Shown piece by piece: positions 48,219-57,753 of a stretch of 64,000 bases of DNA (position 1 is the stretch's first letter; every line of letters starts with the position of its first letter). Source of the DNA: Acidobacteriota bacterium. GTDB taxonomy: Bacteria > Acidobacteriota > UBA6911 > RPQK01 > JAJDTT01. The notes under the pieces are model-generated. The model was given only the letters and a program-made list of their open reading frames with translations, was not told the DNA's origin and ran no database searches. Where the stretch lies: contig CBDCJH010000002.1 in NCBI GenBank assembly GCA_965217775.1, forward strand, positions 4,320,001 to 4,384,000, in the 5' to 3' direction. A program made the position numbers and the translations under genes.

Positions 48219-48412
48219 CTTTTCCCCTCTCCCGTGCGTTTCTTGCGAGCCGTGACGCTCATGTATTTCAAGACGTGGTAAAGGAAGGTGGCTGACCCGA
48301 CTTTCAGACGGCCCCTTCCGGCCAAGGGAATCATGATTCCACTACCCCCAACCACCGGCATTCCATTTCATGCGACGGGGACGGAGCCTTTCTCCAAGTC
48401 CACATTCGTATT
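48219..48412 (-). ncRNA. Candidate IS110 left-end non-coding (bridge RNA-like) region
   Basis: About 190-nt non-coding leader directly upstream of the IS110-like ORF, with small hairpins (GAGC-CGTGAC-GCTC; GAATCATGATTC); position matches known bridge RNAs; not folded computationally. Confidence 0.4.
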
Positions 48413-48586
48413 CTAACCCGTCGCAACAGTCATCACGACATTCGGCCGGGACGACGGAGGGAGACGCTGTTTACGAAACGTCCATCTGAAAGACTTCGGC
48501 CGCTACGAGGGATCGGCCAAACCGTAGCTCGTGCTGCGGCCCCTTCCCGGATTGCGGGCGAGGAGACCGCGCCGGACCAGGTCGGT

Positions 48587-48736
48587 CAGGAATTTCTGCG
48601 TCACGAGTTGGAACGGATTGCCTCTCGACCGTCACTTGACCTTTGGCTCCAACGCGTTCGCGAGCGCAAGGAAACGGCGGGCACTCGCGTTCGACCCTCC
48701 AGCATTTTGCGCGCCCGGGATGCGGACCGGACGTGA
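48587..48736 (+). pseudogene. 5'-truncated FitA/RHH-type antitoxin
   Basis: Manual translation QEFLRHELERIASRPSLDLWLQRVRERKETAGTRVRPSSILRARDADRT*; GTGA overlap with the toxin; DNA-binding N-terminus and start codon absent. Confidence 0.65.
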
Positions 48737-49131
48737 CGGTCGTCGTCGATGCGTCCGTGTTGGTTGCGGCCCTGGTCGACTCGGGGCGCGAAGGGGTGTG
48801 GGCGGAATCGACGATGGCCGAGGGCTCGCTGGCCGGTCCGGAATTGGTCCTGGCGGAGGTGAGCAACATCTTGCGCCGGTTGGAACGGATCGGGGAAATC
48901 TCGAGGCTCGAGGCCAACAGCGCACACCGCGATCTGCTTCGGCTCGATCCGGACCTGTTCCCATTCGCGCCATTCGCCGACCGGGTGTGGGCTTTGCGGA
49001 GCAACTTGACCAGCTACGACGCGTGGTACGTGGCCTTGGCCGAAGCGTTGGAGTGTCCGCTGGTGACACTTGACCGGAGGCTCAACCGAGCCACCGGCCC
49101 TGTTTGCGAGATTCTCACCCCACCCGGTTAG
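48733..49131 (+). CDS. PIN-domain VapC family toxin
   Basis: VVVDASVLV, EVSNILRR, NLTSYDAWYVALAEALECPLVTLDRRL. Confidence 0.9.
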   Translation: MTVVVDASVLVAALVDSGREGVWAESTMAEGSLAGPELVLAEVSNILRRLERIGEISRLEANSAHRDLLRLDPDLFPFAPFADRVWALRSNLTSYDAWYVALAEALECPLVTLDRRLNRATGPVCEILTPPG

Positions 49132-49221
49132 TTTGGTTCGAAGAGTAAATTTCCTGACTCTTTGTGGAAAAGTCTGTGGGAAAAGTGTGAATGTCCACAT
49201 TTTTGCCTCTGGAGATCCCGG

Positions 49222-49641
49222 TTGAGGGGCTATCTCCTGGACACCAACGTGGTTTCGGAGCTGACCAGAAACGCTCCGGCTCCTCCCGTCGTCACATTCT
49301 TGTCCGGACACCACGATCTGTGGCTCTCGACGATCGTGTTGCATGAGTTGGAATTCGGCTTGCGACTGCTGCCGCTGGGACAACGGCGCGCTCGCTTGCG
49401 TGCGGCGCTGTCGGATTTCATTACCCGATACGAGCAACGCGTCCTGCCCTTGGAGAGCACGGGCGCGGAGTGGGCTGCCCACTTTCGCGCGCAGGCGCAT
49501 CGTGCCGGCCGCGTGTTGGACCTGGGAGAGGCACTGATTGCCGGAACCGCCAAGGCCCACGACTTGGCGCTCGCAACCGGGAACGTCTCCGACTTCGGGA
49601 GCTTGGACCTCGACCTGGTCAATCCCTGGGAGACGCCGTGA
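49222..49641 (+). CDS. Orphan PIN-domain VapC family toxin
   Basis: YLLDTNVVSEL, ELEFG, LIAGTAKAHDL.LAT.NVSDF; TTG start after GGAG; conserved D reads E (GEALIA) and R reads G (ATGN). Confidence 0.85.
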   Translation: MRGYLLDTNVVSELTRNAPAPPVVTFLSGHHDLWLSTIVLHELEFGLRLLPLGQRRARLRAALSDFITRYEQRVLPLESTGAEWAAHFRAQAHRAGRVLDLGEALIAGTAKAHDLALATGNVSDFGSLDLDLVNPWETP

Positions 49642-49647
49642 CGGGGG

Positions 49648-50607
49648 TCAGCGGATCAGGCGCTCAGCCAACTCCAGCGCGTCCACCGGCCAGAAGCACT
49701 CCGGGCGAGGCCGGAAGACGTTGGCCCGGCCAGCCTCGGGACGGCAGTTGAGCACGCACTCGGCCCACTGGGACGGAACGGCGTCCCGGCCGTAGACGGC
49801 GCCCAGAAGCGCCCCGCAGATGGCCGCGTTGGTGTCGGTGTCACCGCCGCGCATGACCGTGTCCACCACCCCCTCTTTCAGATCCGGTGCATGGTTGAGT
49901 TGCCAGAGGGCGTTGCGGAAGGCCGTCAGGACCCAGCCCTGTTGATGGACGTAGTCGGCAGGCGGAGCCACGGCGGCGCCGTGGGCGGCGTCCAGCAGGG
50001 AGCGCTCCACCCCCATTTCTTCGGCCCAACCGGCGACGCGCTGATAGAGATCTCGAGGATTGCTCTCCACGCGGACGGCCTGGGCGATCGCCATGGCGAA
50101 GAGGGCGTTGGCCTGCCGGCAGACCGGGTGCGGATGAGTGAGCGCCGCGTCCCGGCGTGCCCACTCGGCCACCTGCGACCGCTCGCGGCGGGCTCCGAAG
50201 ATGCCCAGCGGGCTGATCCTCATCAGGGCGCCGTTGGCTTGGCTGTCCGGATTGGGCCGGCTCCGCAGACCACGGTAGATCGTGCCGCCGCAATCGAAGG
50301 GAACCGATTCCAACCAGAAGACGTAGGCCTTGCGGGCTTCCTCGGGATCGTACCTTCCCTGCTCCGCCAGCGTTCGGGCCAGCGACAACGCCATCTCGGA
50401 ATCGTCCGTGGGTTGCCCGGCGATGGTGTTCCAGGTTCCGCCGTCGGCCAGTTCCCGGACACCGGCGGGATACGCCAGTCGAATATCCTCGGGCCTCTGG
50501 AACTCCACCAGGCTGCCCAGCGCATCTCCGGCGAGTTGGCCCAGCAGGCACCCTTGGGCCCGGGCCAGGACGCCGGCATCTACGGATTCAGGCTTGATCC
50601 CGGTCAT
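49648..50607 (-). CDS. ADP-ribosylglycohydrolase (DraG/ARH family)
   Basis: GDALG, GQPTDDSEM, NGALMR, ALTH, GGDTDTNAAICGALLGA. Confidence 0.93.
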   Translation of the reverse strand: MTGIKPESVDAGVLARAQGCLLGQLAGDALGSLVEFQRPEDIRLAYPAGVRELADGGTWNTIAGQPTDDSEMALSLARTLAEQGRYDPEEARKAYVFWLESVPFDCGGTIYRGLRSRPNPDSQANGALMRISPLGIFGARRERSQVAEWARRDAALTHPHPVCRQANALFAMAIAQAVRVESNPRDLYQRVAGWAEEMGVERSLLDAAHGAAVAPPADYVHQQGWVLTAFRNALWQLNHAPDLKEGVVDTVMRGGDTDTNAAICGALLGAVYGRDAVPSQWAECVLNCRPEAGRANVFRPRPECFWPVDALELAERLIR

Positions 50608-50617
50608 CGGTCCTGCT

Positions 50618-50741
50618 TTACACTCCTATCTCGTCCAGCATGCCGAGGGCCATGGAAGGCCGTTCGACACTCGCGAATGGCATCGCCACCAGACAGATGT
50701 CCAGGACGGGATTCCAATCAGGAGGGCAATTCCGGGTTCAT
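50618..50741 (-). pseudogene. Fragment resembling the N-terminus of a B12-binding RiPP radical SAM enzyme
   Basis: Manual translation NPVLDICLVAMPFASVERPSMALGMLDEIGV*; nearest ATG (50741) is out of frame. Confidence 0.45.
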
Positions 50742-50868
50742 GGCAAGTGTTTGGTCTACACCCGTCAACAAGCGTCTTTGGCCTGGGTCGTCAGTTGCTG
50801 ACCAGTGATTTAGCGAAGTCTACCCTGCGAAGACCGAGTTGGGAGACACGCCCCCGAAAAAATACGGC

Positions 50869-51198
50869 CTAAAGATACTCCACATGCCCCATCATCTCGT
50901 CGGCTTCCAATACCTGATGGATCATCATCAAACCACGAATGATCTCGCCGATCGTATTCTCTTGACTCGCAAAAACGATCCCTGAATGCCTTGATCCAGC
51001 CGCCGCCAGACGTAGGAAATCATCATCCTGCGTGACGATGACCCGTCCTTCTTCTCCCGCCCGTTGCAACTGATCCGCGTCTGATGCTCCCAGTGTTCCC
51101 GCTTCTGGAACGGTCAAGACATCCACACCCCGTCGTCGAAGCCCTAACACCACCGCTTTGGAAACCTGCTCATCCATGAAGAACCGGATCCTCGCCAT
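50869..51198 (-). CDS. DUF5615 PIN-like toxin
   Basis: FFMDEQV, LRRRGVDV, GASD, RVIVTQDDDF, HSGI. Confidence 0.88.
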   Translation of the reverse strand: MARIRFFMDEQVSKAVVLGLRRRGVDVLTVPEAGTLGASDADQLQRAGEEGRVIVTQDDDFLRLAAAGSRHSGIVFASQENTIGEIIRGLMMIHQVLEADEMMGHVEYL

Positions 51199-51508
51199 GC
51201 CGATCCTGCTCTCGAATCTTCCCAGGCAGCTTTGAAACGTTCTGGTGGCGTAGGGCTGCTATTAACTCTCTACTTTTTTCGATTGATCGGTCTATCTCGG
51301 CTCGATGGTCGAAATAGAAGGCTAATGCCGCATAAACATCTGCCAACGTCAGATCGTATTCGGTGGCGATTTCATCGGCACTCTTTCCCAAGTGCTCGTG
51401 CCAAATCGCAATGTTCGCGACTGTAATTCGGCGTCCGGAAATACGAGGTTTTCCACCTGATATGCCAAGCGTAATCTCAATATGTTGATTAACTGTGTCC
51501 GTTGCCAT
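51170..51508 (-). CDS. DUF433 antitoxin-like protein
   Basis: GGKPRISGRRITV, DEIATEY.LTLADVYAALAFY. Confidence 0.9.
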   Translation of the reverse strand: MATDTVNQHIEITLGISGGKPRISGRRITVANIAIWHEHLGKSADEIATEYDLTLADVYAALAFYFDHRAEIDRSIEKSRELIAALRHQNVSKLPGKIREQDRHGEDPVLHG

Positions 51509-51748
51509 TTGGGAACATCCTTTTCCGTTTCATATAGGGACAACACCTAAAGTGCCGACCCTTCTGGCCACCGAACCTCCACAATGACCGCGGAGGCCGT
51601 GTGCCAACTCGGTGTCCCGATCAAGTCCAACTTGTTGTCAGGCTGCCAACTCTTCTTTGGAGGTAGGTTACACCATTTGGATTGAAATCCGCGTGATCCT
51701 AAAAAGCTCTCCCACCGGCCGGGAGCCAGCGCGACCCGGCTAGAAAAA

Positions 51749-51833
51749 GGGCGGTTTGGGAGCGGGGATTTTTAAGCCCCCGATTTCCGGACGTGCGGGG
51801 GACAAGAATGTCCCCGCTCCAAATCGCCCCTCC
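51749..51833. repeat. REPIN doublet
   Basis: GGAGCGGGGATTTTTAAGCCCCCG ... GCGGGGGACAAGAATGTCCCCGCTCC followed by AAATCGCCCCTCC. Confidence 0.75.
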
Positions 51834-51840
51834 TGGCTGG

Positions 51841-54801
51841 TCAGCCAATATAGAGAAATTCGTTGGTGAGGAACAGGAGGTGACAGAAGCTTTCCAGAGC
51901 TTTCTTCTCCGCCACTGCCTCCTCGGCGTTGGCCTTGAGATAGAGATCCTTCTGGCGAGCCAGATGCGCTCCGGCGATCTGTGCTTCCTCGCGTGAGGGC
52001 CGGCGGGAGAGAGCCAGCAGGTAGGCGTTTTCGATCGCTTCTTCCGGATCGCCGTGGGACAGGCCGGCGACCCGCTGGGCGAAGGCCTGGGCGTTTTCGA
52101 CGACGAAATCATCGTTCATCAGCGTGAGCGACTGGAGCGGCGAAACCGAGTTCAACCGCCGGCTGCAGTTGGTCTGCATGAGGGGAGCGTCGAAGGTCTC
52201 CAGGAAGCCCAACGGGAAGTAACGCCGCGCCAGCAGGTACACGCTGCGCCGCCAGATTCCCGTGGCCTGGGCGTCGGCCGGCTCGCCGGGGCTGTCGGTG
52301 TGCGGGTTCAGTGTCTTCAGGCCGTCGGCCATCAGCGGGCCCTCGATCGGGGGTCCCCCCATGGTCCAGTCCAGCTTGCCGCTGGTGGCGATGATGGAGT
52401 CGCGCAAGATTTCCGCTTCCAGCCGGCGCAGGTTCATGCGCCACAAGAGCCGGTTTCCCGGATCCATCCGGAGCGCGAGCGAACCGGCCGGAGGCCCTTG
52501 GGACGATTGGCGGTAAGCCGTCGAGGTCATGATCAGCTGGTGGAGCTTCTTGATGCTCCAGCCCCGTTGCACGAACTCCACCGCCAGCCAATCCAGCAGC
52601 TCGGGATGGGACGGAGGCTTGCCCTGCTTCCCGAAATTGTCCTGGGTCTCCACGATGCCTCGCCCGAAGTGATGCTGCCACACCTGGTTCACGAACACCC
52701 GGGCGGTGAGAGGATGGTCGGGCCGGGCCAGCCAGCGGGCAAAGGCCAGTCGTTGGCCGCTGGTCTCTCCCTTGGTCCCGGACGGCCGGACCGCATCGGT
52801 CTCTCCGGGTGCACTGACCACCTGCAGGAAACCCGGCCGGACCGGGGGACCCGGACGCTCCACCTCGCCGCGCTGCAGCAGTCGGATCTTGGGCGGTGCC
52901 GCGAGGTCCCACAGGGCCTGGACCTTGTCCCAGGAACGGCGATAGCCGTTCAGGATTCGGATCCTTTCGCTCAACTTCTTGTGCGTGGCGAGGTGCTCCT
53001 CGTTCAGGGCCTTGACCACTTCCTCCGGGGTGACGGTCAGTTGTTCCTCGAACTTGGAGGCCAGGAATTTCTGCACCTCGTTCCGGTCGCCTTCGGGCGT
53101 GGCCAGAGCCTCTTTCGTCTCCGGGCGGATATTCTCCGGCAGGTCCTTGAGCTTGGCGTCCAGCAGGCCGTCGCGATAGGGGCGGTAGACCGCCTCGAGC
53201 CGCTCCTTGAGCTTGGCCACCGGCTTGTCGATCTCCGCATTGTGGCGCTCGATCTCCTGCTGCTCCCGTTTGGAGACACTGGGCAGGTGATGGTTCTTGG
53301 GCTGCAACCAGCGCACCGGGTTGTAGCCGGAGGCGAAGACGGACAGCATGCGATAGTAGTCCCGCTGCGGGATGGGGTCGTACTTGTGGCTGTGGCAGCG
53401 GGCACAGCCCATGGTCAACCCCATCAGGCCGGTGGAGACCTTCTCCATCAGATGGAAGAGCACGTCGTACCGCTCTCCCACCAGATTCACCACGTCCTGG
53501 TCGGTGCGGTCGAAAACGGAGCGGAGATAGCCCGTGGCGACGAGCTTGTCCAGGATTTCCGGCGTGTACGTTTCGGCCGAGCGCCAGTCCACCAGTTCGT
53601 CACCGGCCAACTGTTCCACCAGGAAACGGTCGTAGGGCAGGTCCTGGTTGAAGGCCCGGATCACCCAGTCCCGGTAACGCCACATCCCGTCGATGACGAT
53701 CACGTTTTCAACGGCGGAGTCGAACCCGGTGACGTCGCTGTAGCCGGCCGCATCCAGCCAATGGCGGCCCCACCGCTCACCGTAGTGCTTCGACTCGAGC
53801 AGCGTGTCGATGAGCCTCTCGTAGGCATCGGGTCTCTTGTCCTCCAAGTGGGCCCGGATGTCTTTCGGAGAAGGCGGAACTCCGATCAGGTCCAGCCAGG
53901 CGCGGCGCAGCAACGTGAGCTTGGAGGCATCGGGAGAGAAACCGAGTCCCTCGGATTCGAGCCGTTTCAACAGGAAGGCGTCGATCGGCGTGCGAACCCG
54001 CTTCCGATTCTTCACCTGCGGGACGGGTGCGGCCACGGGCTTCCGGAAGGACCAGAATTGGCGGTCCTCCTCGGTCACCGGCGGCGCTTCCGCCGGGTTG
54101 AAGCTGGTGCGCTCCAGGTGGGGCCGCAGGAGCCGGAAGTCCGAAGCGTCGATCCAGCGGGCCAGGGTCCGGATCTCGCCGTCGCTCAGCGGCTGCCCCA
54201 TGCCCGGGGGCGGCATCTCACGAGAGGTCAACTTGCGGATCAGGATGCTCTTGATGGAACCGAGGTCGGAGATCACGGGACCGCCTTCGCTTCCCTTCAA
54301 CACCGACTGCACCGTGCGCAGGTCGAGCCCGCCCATGGGCGTGTCCGTAGCGTGACAGGCGAAGCAGCGGTCCTCGAATATGGGAAGCGCCAACTCTTCG
54401 AACCGCGCGGTTTCCTCTTCCCGCTTGCCGGCGATGGTGGCTTCCTCATCCGAGGGGGCGCCCGCCTCGATCCAGCGCCGGACGGTGTCGATCTCCGAAT
54501 CGGTCAGCTTCAGGTTGAACGCGGGCGGCGGCATCATTCGCCGGGAGACCTTCCGGTAGAGCAGGCTTGCTTCGGGCGCGTGCTTCGCCACCACCGGCCC
54601 CTCATGGCTGCCGCGCAGAATGGAGGTGGCCGTGCGCAGATCCAGCCCGACCATGGCGGTGCCGCCATGGCAACTGTAGCAATTGGTCTTGAAGATGGGC
54701 TCCACGTCCCGTTCGAAGCTGGGTTGTGCGAAGACGGCCGCCATCGACAGCGCGCCCCAAATCGAAAGCGGGACCAGCAGACGAGAAAGCCGCACGGTCA
54801 A
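51841..54801 (-). CDS. Planctomycete cytochrome c (two domains) plus DUF1549/DUF1553 (PSD1) protein
   Basis: CYSCH and CFACH domains each ending MPP...WI; [47 protein letters not shown]. Confidence 0.92.
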   Translation of the reverse strand: MTVRLSRLLVPLSIWGALSMAAVFAQPSFERDVEPIFKTNCYSCHGGTAMVGLDLRTATSILRGSHEGPVVAKHAPEASLLYRKVSRRMMPPPAFNLKLTDSEIDTVRRWIEAGAPSDEEATIAGKREEETARFEELALPIFEDRCFACHATDTPMGGLDLRTVQSVLKGSEGGPVISDLGSIKSILIRKLTSREMPPPGMGQPLSDGEIRTLARWIDASDFRLLRPHLERTSFNPAEAPPVTEEDRQFWSFRKPVAAPVPQVKNRKRVRTPIDAFLLKRLESEGLGFSPDASKLTLLRRAWLDLIGVPPSPKDIRAHLEDKRPDAYERLIDTLLESKHYGERWGRHWLDAAGYSDVTGFDSAVENVIVIDGMWRYRDWVIRAFNQDLPYDRFLVEQLAGDELVDWRSAETYTPEILDKLVATGYLRSVFDRTDQDVVNLVGERYDVLFHLMEKVSTGLMGLTMGCARCHSHKYDPIPQRDYYRMLSVFASGYNPVRWLQPKNHHLPSVSKREQQEIERHNAEIDKPVAKLKERLEAVYRPYRDGLLDAKLKDLPENIRPETKEALATPEGDRNEVQKFLASKFEEQLTVTPEEVVKALNEEHLATHKKLSERIRILNGYRRSWDKVQALWDLAAPPKIRLLQRGEVERPGPPVRPGFLQVVSAPGETDAVRPSGTKGETSGQRLAFARWLARPDHPLTARVFVNQVWQHHFGRGIVETQDNFGKQGKPPSHPELLDWLAVEFVQRGWSIKKLHQLIMTSTAYRQSSQGPPAGSLALRMDPGNRLLWRMNLRRLEAEILRDSIIATSGKLDWTMGGPPIEGPLMADGLKTLNPHTDSPGEPADAQATGIWRRSVYLLARRYFPLGFLETFDAPLMQTNCSRRLNSVSPLQSLTLMNDDFVVENAQAFAQRVAGLSHGDPEEAIENAYLLALSRRPSREEAQIAGAHLARQKDLYLKANAEEAVAEKKALESFCHLLFLTNEFLYIG

Positions 54802-56234
54802 GCCTCCCGCGGAGGATTCTTGAGGATGTCCGAGACGATACGCGCGCCGGTGATGCTGGCGTTGGTGGGGGTCTCTTCCCGGCCCTCGTGGCGGACAGTC
54901 AGCCGCTTGTGATCGATTCCGAGTTGGTTCAGCAGGGTGGCCTGCAGGTCGGCGACCCCGACGCGGTTCACCGTGGACCGGTAGCCAAACTCGTCGGTCG
55001 CTCCGTAGACCAGGCCCTTCTTGAAGCCGCCGCCGGACAGCCAGAGGCTGAACGCGTTCCGGTTGTGGTCCCGGCCGTCGGAGTTCTGGGTGGTGGGAAG
55101 ACGTCCGAATTCGCCCGCCCAGAGCAGGATCGTGCTCTCCAGCAGGCCGCGGCTCTTCAGGTCCTTCAACAGCCCGGCTACGGGCTGGTCGGTCTTGGCG
55201 CAGATCGCGCTCAGTTTCTCCCTGAGCTTGGCGTGATTATCCCAGGGCTGTCCCGGTCCCGGATGGATCTGCACGAATCGGACGCCGGCCTCGATCAGGC
55301 GGCGCGCCATCAGGCAGCGCTGGCCGTAGCCGGCGGAGACGGGGTTGTCCATCCCATAGAGCTTCTTCGTCGCTTCCGATTCCTTGGAGACGTCCAGCAC
55401 GTCCGTCGCGGCCAGTTGCATGCGCGCGGCCAGTTCGTAGTTCTGGATGCGGGCCTCCAATTCCGAGTCTCCAGGGTGGCGGCCCAGATGCAAGCGGTTC
55501 AGCTTGGCCAGAGTGTCCAGCTCCGCCCGCTGCGCGCCGGGCGGCGGCGGCACCCGGGGATGCAGGTGCCGGACCGGGGTCCCGCTGGAGCTGAACTCCA
55601 CCCCCTGGTAGAGCGCCGACAGGAAGCCGCTGGTCCAGAGCTGCTTGCCCAGCGTCGAGTACCCCTCCGGATCGCGCAACACCACAAAGGAGGGGAGGTT
55701 CTGGTTCTCCGTTCCCAGTGCGTACGACACCCACGACCCCAGCACCGGCCGGCCCGCGAAGATGTGGCAGGTCAGCAGCATGTGCAGGCCTTCCGAGTGG
55801 TTGTTGTGCTCGGTGTGCATGGAGCGAATGAGGCAGATGTCGTCGACGACGGTCGCGATGTGAGGAATGGTCTCGCCCAGCTCCATGCCACTCTGGCCAT
55901 GCCGGCTGAACTGGAACGGGCTGGCCAGCAGCACGTTGGCGTTGTTGGGCTGATGGATCTCGACCCCGTCCGGGTGCGGCTTGCCGGACCACTTCGTCAG
56001 CTCGGGCTTGGGATCGAACAGGTCCATCTGGCTGGGGCCGCCATTCTGGACGAACTGGATCACCGCTTTCGCCGGAGCCGGAAAGTGGCCGTCCCGCGGC
56101 TTCAGATCGTTGTAGGCAAGGCGGTCCTCTTCGGCTTTCAGCATGCTGCTGAGAGCCACGCCGCCCATGCCGAGAGCACTCATTTCCAGTAGTTTGCGGC
56201 GGGAGATGGTATGCGGAAGAACGTCCCAGATCAT
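54798..56234 (-). CDS. DUF1501 domain protein
   Basis: SRRKLL, GGPSQMDLFDPKP, YELAARMQ, ARRLIEAGVRFVQ, GEFGRLP, GRDHN. Confidence 0.92.
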   Translation of the reverse strand: MIWDVLPHTISRRKLLEMSALGMGGVALSSMLKAEEDRLAYNDLKPRDGHFPAPAKAVIQFVQNGGPSQMDLFDPKPELTKWSGKPHPDGVEIHQPNNANVLLASPFQFSRHGQSGMELGETIPHIATVVDDICLIRSMHTEHNNHSEGLHMLLTCHIFAGRPVLGSWVSYALGTENQNLPSFVVLRDPEGYSTLGKQLWTSGFLSALYQGVEFSSSGTPVRHLHPRVPPPPGAQRAELDTLAKLNRLHLGRHPGDSELEARIQNYELAARMQLAATDVLDVSKESEATKKLYGMDNPVSAGYGQRCLMARRLIEAGVRFVQIHPGPGQPWDNHAKLREKLSAICAKTDQPVAGLLKDLKSRGLLESTILLWAGEFGRLPTTQNSDGRDHNRNAFSLWLSGGGFKKGLVYGATDEFGYRSTVNRVGVADLQATLLNQLGIDHKRLTVRHEGREETPTNASITGARIVSDILKNPPREA

Positions 56235-56285
56235 GGCTCGAAGTCCCTGAGTCCAGAGTTTTTATCTGCCCAAATGCTACGCCAA

Positions 56286-56435
56286 GGAGCGCCGACTTTC
56301 CAGCCGCCCAGGAGCGGCGGCTTTCTTGCCGCCGACTGGGACCGGCGACTTTCTTGTCGCCGGACTCCGGTGGAACAAAGGGGCGAGGAGGAAACGGGGC
56401 AACGCAAGAGCGGGCGACAAGGAAGTCGTCCCTCC
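56286..56435. repeat. REP/REPIN cluster
   Basis: Three direct GGA(G/C)-hairpin units, then inverted GGGCGACAAGGAAGTCGTCCCTCC. Confidence 0.75.
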
Positions 56436-56524
56436 TGTTCCCCCTGTGAATCCCAGGATTGGACCTCCCGTTCCATACAAACTAGTCTTATACCTCGTCA
56501 GCATCAGCTCAACTGGAGGAGCTT

Positions 56525-56785
56525 GTGAATAACGTCTGGCAAGTAAAGGATGCCATGGCGCGCTTCATCGAACTCTTGGAGACAACCCTCGCCGAAGGAC
56601 CGCAAATCGTTACCAAGCGAGGGGTGGAGACGGCCGTGCTTGTCCCGATCGAGCAGTGGCGCCGACTGGAGAAACTGGCGAAGCCTGACCTCAAGGAACT
56701 TCTACTCGCTCCCGAGCCGCGCACTGAAGCACTTGCACCGCCACGTCGAAAACTCCGTCAACGGGCGGCTCCCCAACTCGATTAG
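56525..56785 (+). CDS. Orphan Phd/YefM antitoxin
   Basis: WQVKDA.ARF.ELLE....GPQIVTKRG.E.AVLV; no toxin ORF follows. Confidence 0.85.
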   Translation: MNNVWQVKDAMARFIELLETTLAEGPQIVTKRGVETAVLVPIEQWRRLEKLAKPDLKELLLAPEPRTEALAPPRRKLRQRAAPQLD

Positions 56786-56804
56786 ATCAGTTGAGCGGCG
56801 GGTT

Positions 56805-56899
56805 GGAGCGGCGGTTTCCAACCGCCGGACTCCCAAGGGAACAACGGGGCGGGAGTGTACGGGTGAATGGAAGAGGGGGCGATTGGAAATCGCCCCTCC
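56805..56899. repeat. REPIN doublet
   Basis: GGAGCGGCGGTTTCCAACCGCCG ... GGCGATTGGAAATCGCCCCTCC. Confidence 0.85.
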
Positions 56900-56942
56900 T
56901 GGTACACTACGGAGCAACCACCTGTCCGGGAGTTGAAGCGCC

Positions 56943-57695
56943 ATGAAACACCGTCTGAAGTACTTTCTACCCTTGTCTTTAGTCTGGCTGGCTGCGTGCA
57001 ACGTGGCGGTCACCGACGGCCCCTCCCAGTCCGATCCTCCGGAACGTGGGCCTCGCGTCCAGCCCGGCACCGGCATGGAGATCTATGCCCCGGAACAGCA
57101 CGACCTGTACGACGGCCGCTTCATCATCTCGGGGGCCCGCATCTACCAGGTCGGCACCCTGAACGACGAGAGCCCTTGGGACCACATGGGCAATGACGGA
57201 ACGAATCTGCGGCCGGTGGAGGGTACCGTCGATTTCGACGTCGACGAGATCAACAACACGGGGACCTTCCGCGCCGACCTCCAACTGCCCGAGGGCAACT
57301 ACGTCATCGACCTCGATGAATTCAAGGAGTTCTCACCGTGTCAGGACGGCGGCATCGCCGCCTGGCTGTTCGAGCACGGCGATTCCGGCTGCGGCGATGC
57401 CAATTGGCCCAAGAGCATTCTCTACGTGGCGGGCTGGGGGATCGGCTCCGCCACCTTGAACGGGGAGCCGCTCTACCAGGACTACCAGATCCATTTCATG
57501 GTCACCCAGGGCATGCGCGACCGGAACCTGGTAGCCCGCTATCCCCTCGACGGGAAGAGTACAGAAGCCGGCGCCGTGAACCCGGCCCTTCAACAACTGG
57601 ACTTCTACATCCGGAGCCCCGAGGCCAACGAGGCCAACCATCCCCAGCGGGAGGTTTTCGACCACTTCTTCGCCATGGAGGTCACCTGGAAATAG
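56943..57695 (+). CDS. Hypothetical lipoprotein
   Basis: Lipobox LAAC after a basic/hydrophobic leader; strong GC3 codon bias; acidic. Confidence 0.75.
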   Translation: MKHRLKYFLPLSLVWLAACNVAVTDGPSQSDPPERGPRVQPGTGMEIYAPEQHDLYDGRFIISGARIYQVGTLNDESPWDHMGNDGTNLRPVEGTVDFDVDEINNTGTFRADLQLPEGNYVIDLDEFKEFSPCQDGGIAAWLFEHGDSGCGDANWPKSILYVAGWGIGSATLNGEPLYQDYQIHFMVTQGMRDRNLVARYPLDGKSTEAGAVNPALQQLDFYIRSPEANEANHPQREVFDHFFAMEVTWK

Positions 57696-57753
57696 TCTCG
57701 CCAGCGGCTCCGCGAGCGGCCGCTGACGACTGATTCACCAGGAGACGGCAGCG

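Noticed and set aside
49160-49205. TGTGGAAAA-like DnaA boxes as a replication origin
   Set aside because: Only one near-consensus box, no unwinding element, no dnaA/dnaN context
51509-51745. Possible small gene or ncRNA upstream of DUF433
   Set aside because: The frames I translated gave no recognisable motif, and I saw no convincing structure
52054-54912. Long antisense or alternate-frame ORFs (also 3473-5383, 7167-8720, 24361-26364, 36042-38972, 37343-39220)
   Set aside because: They overlap well-supported genes, show no motifs, and are expected at high GC
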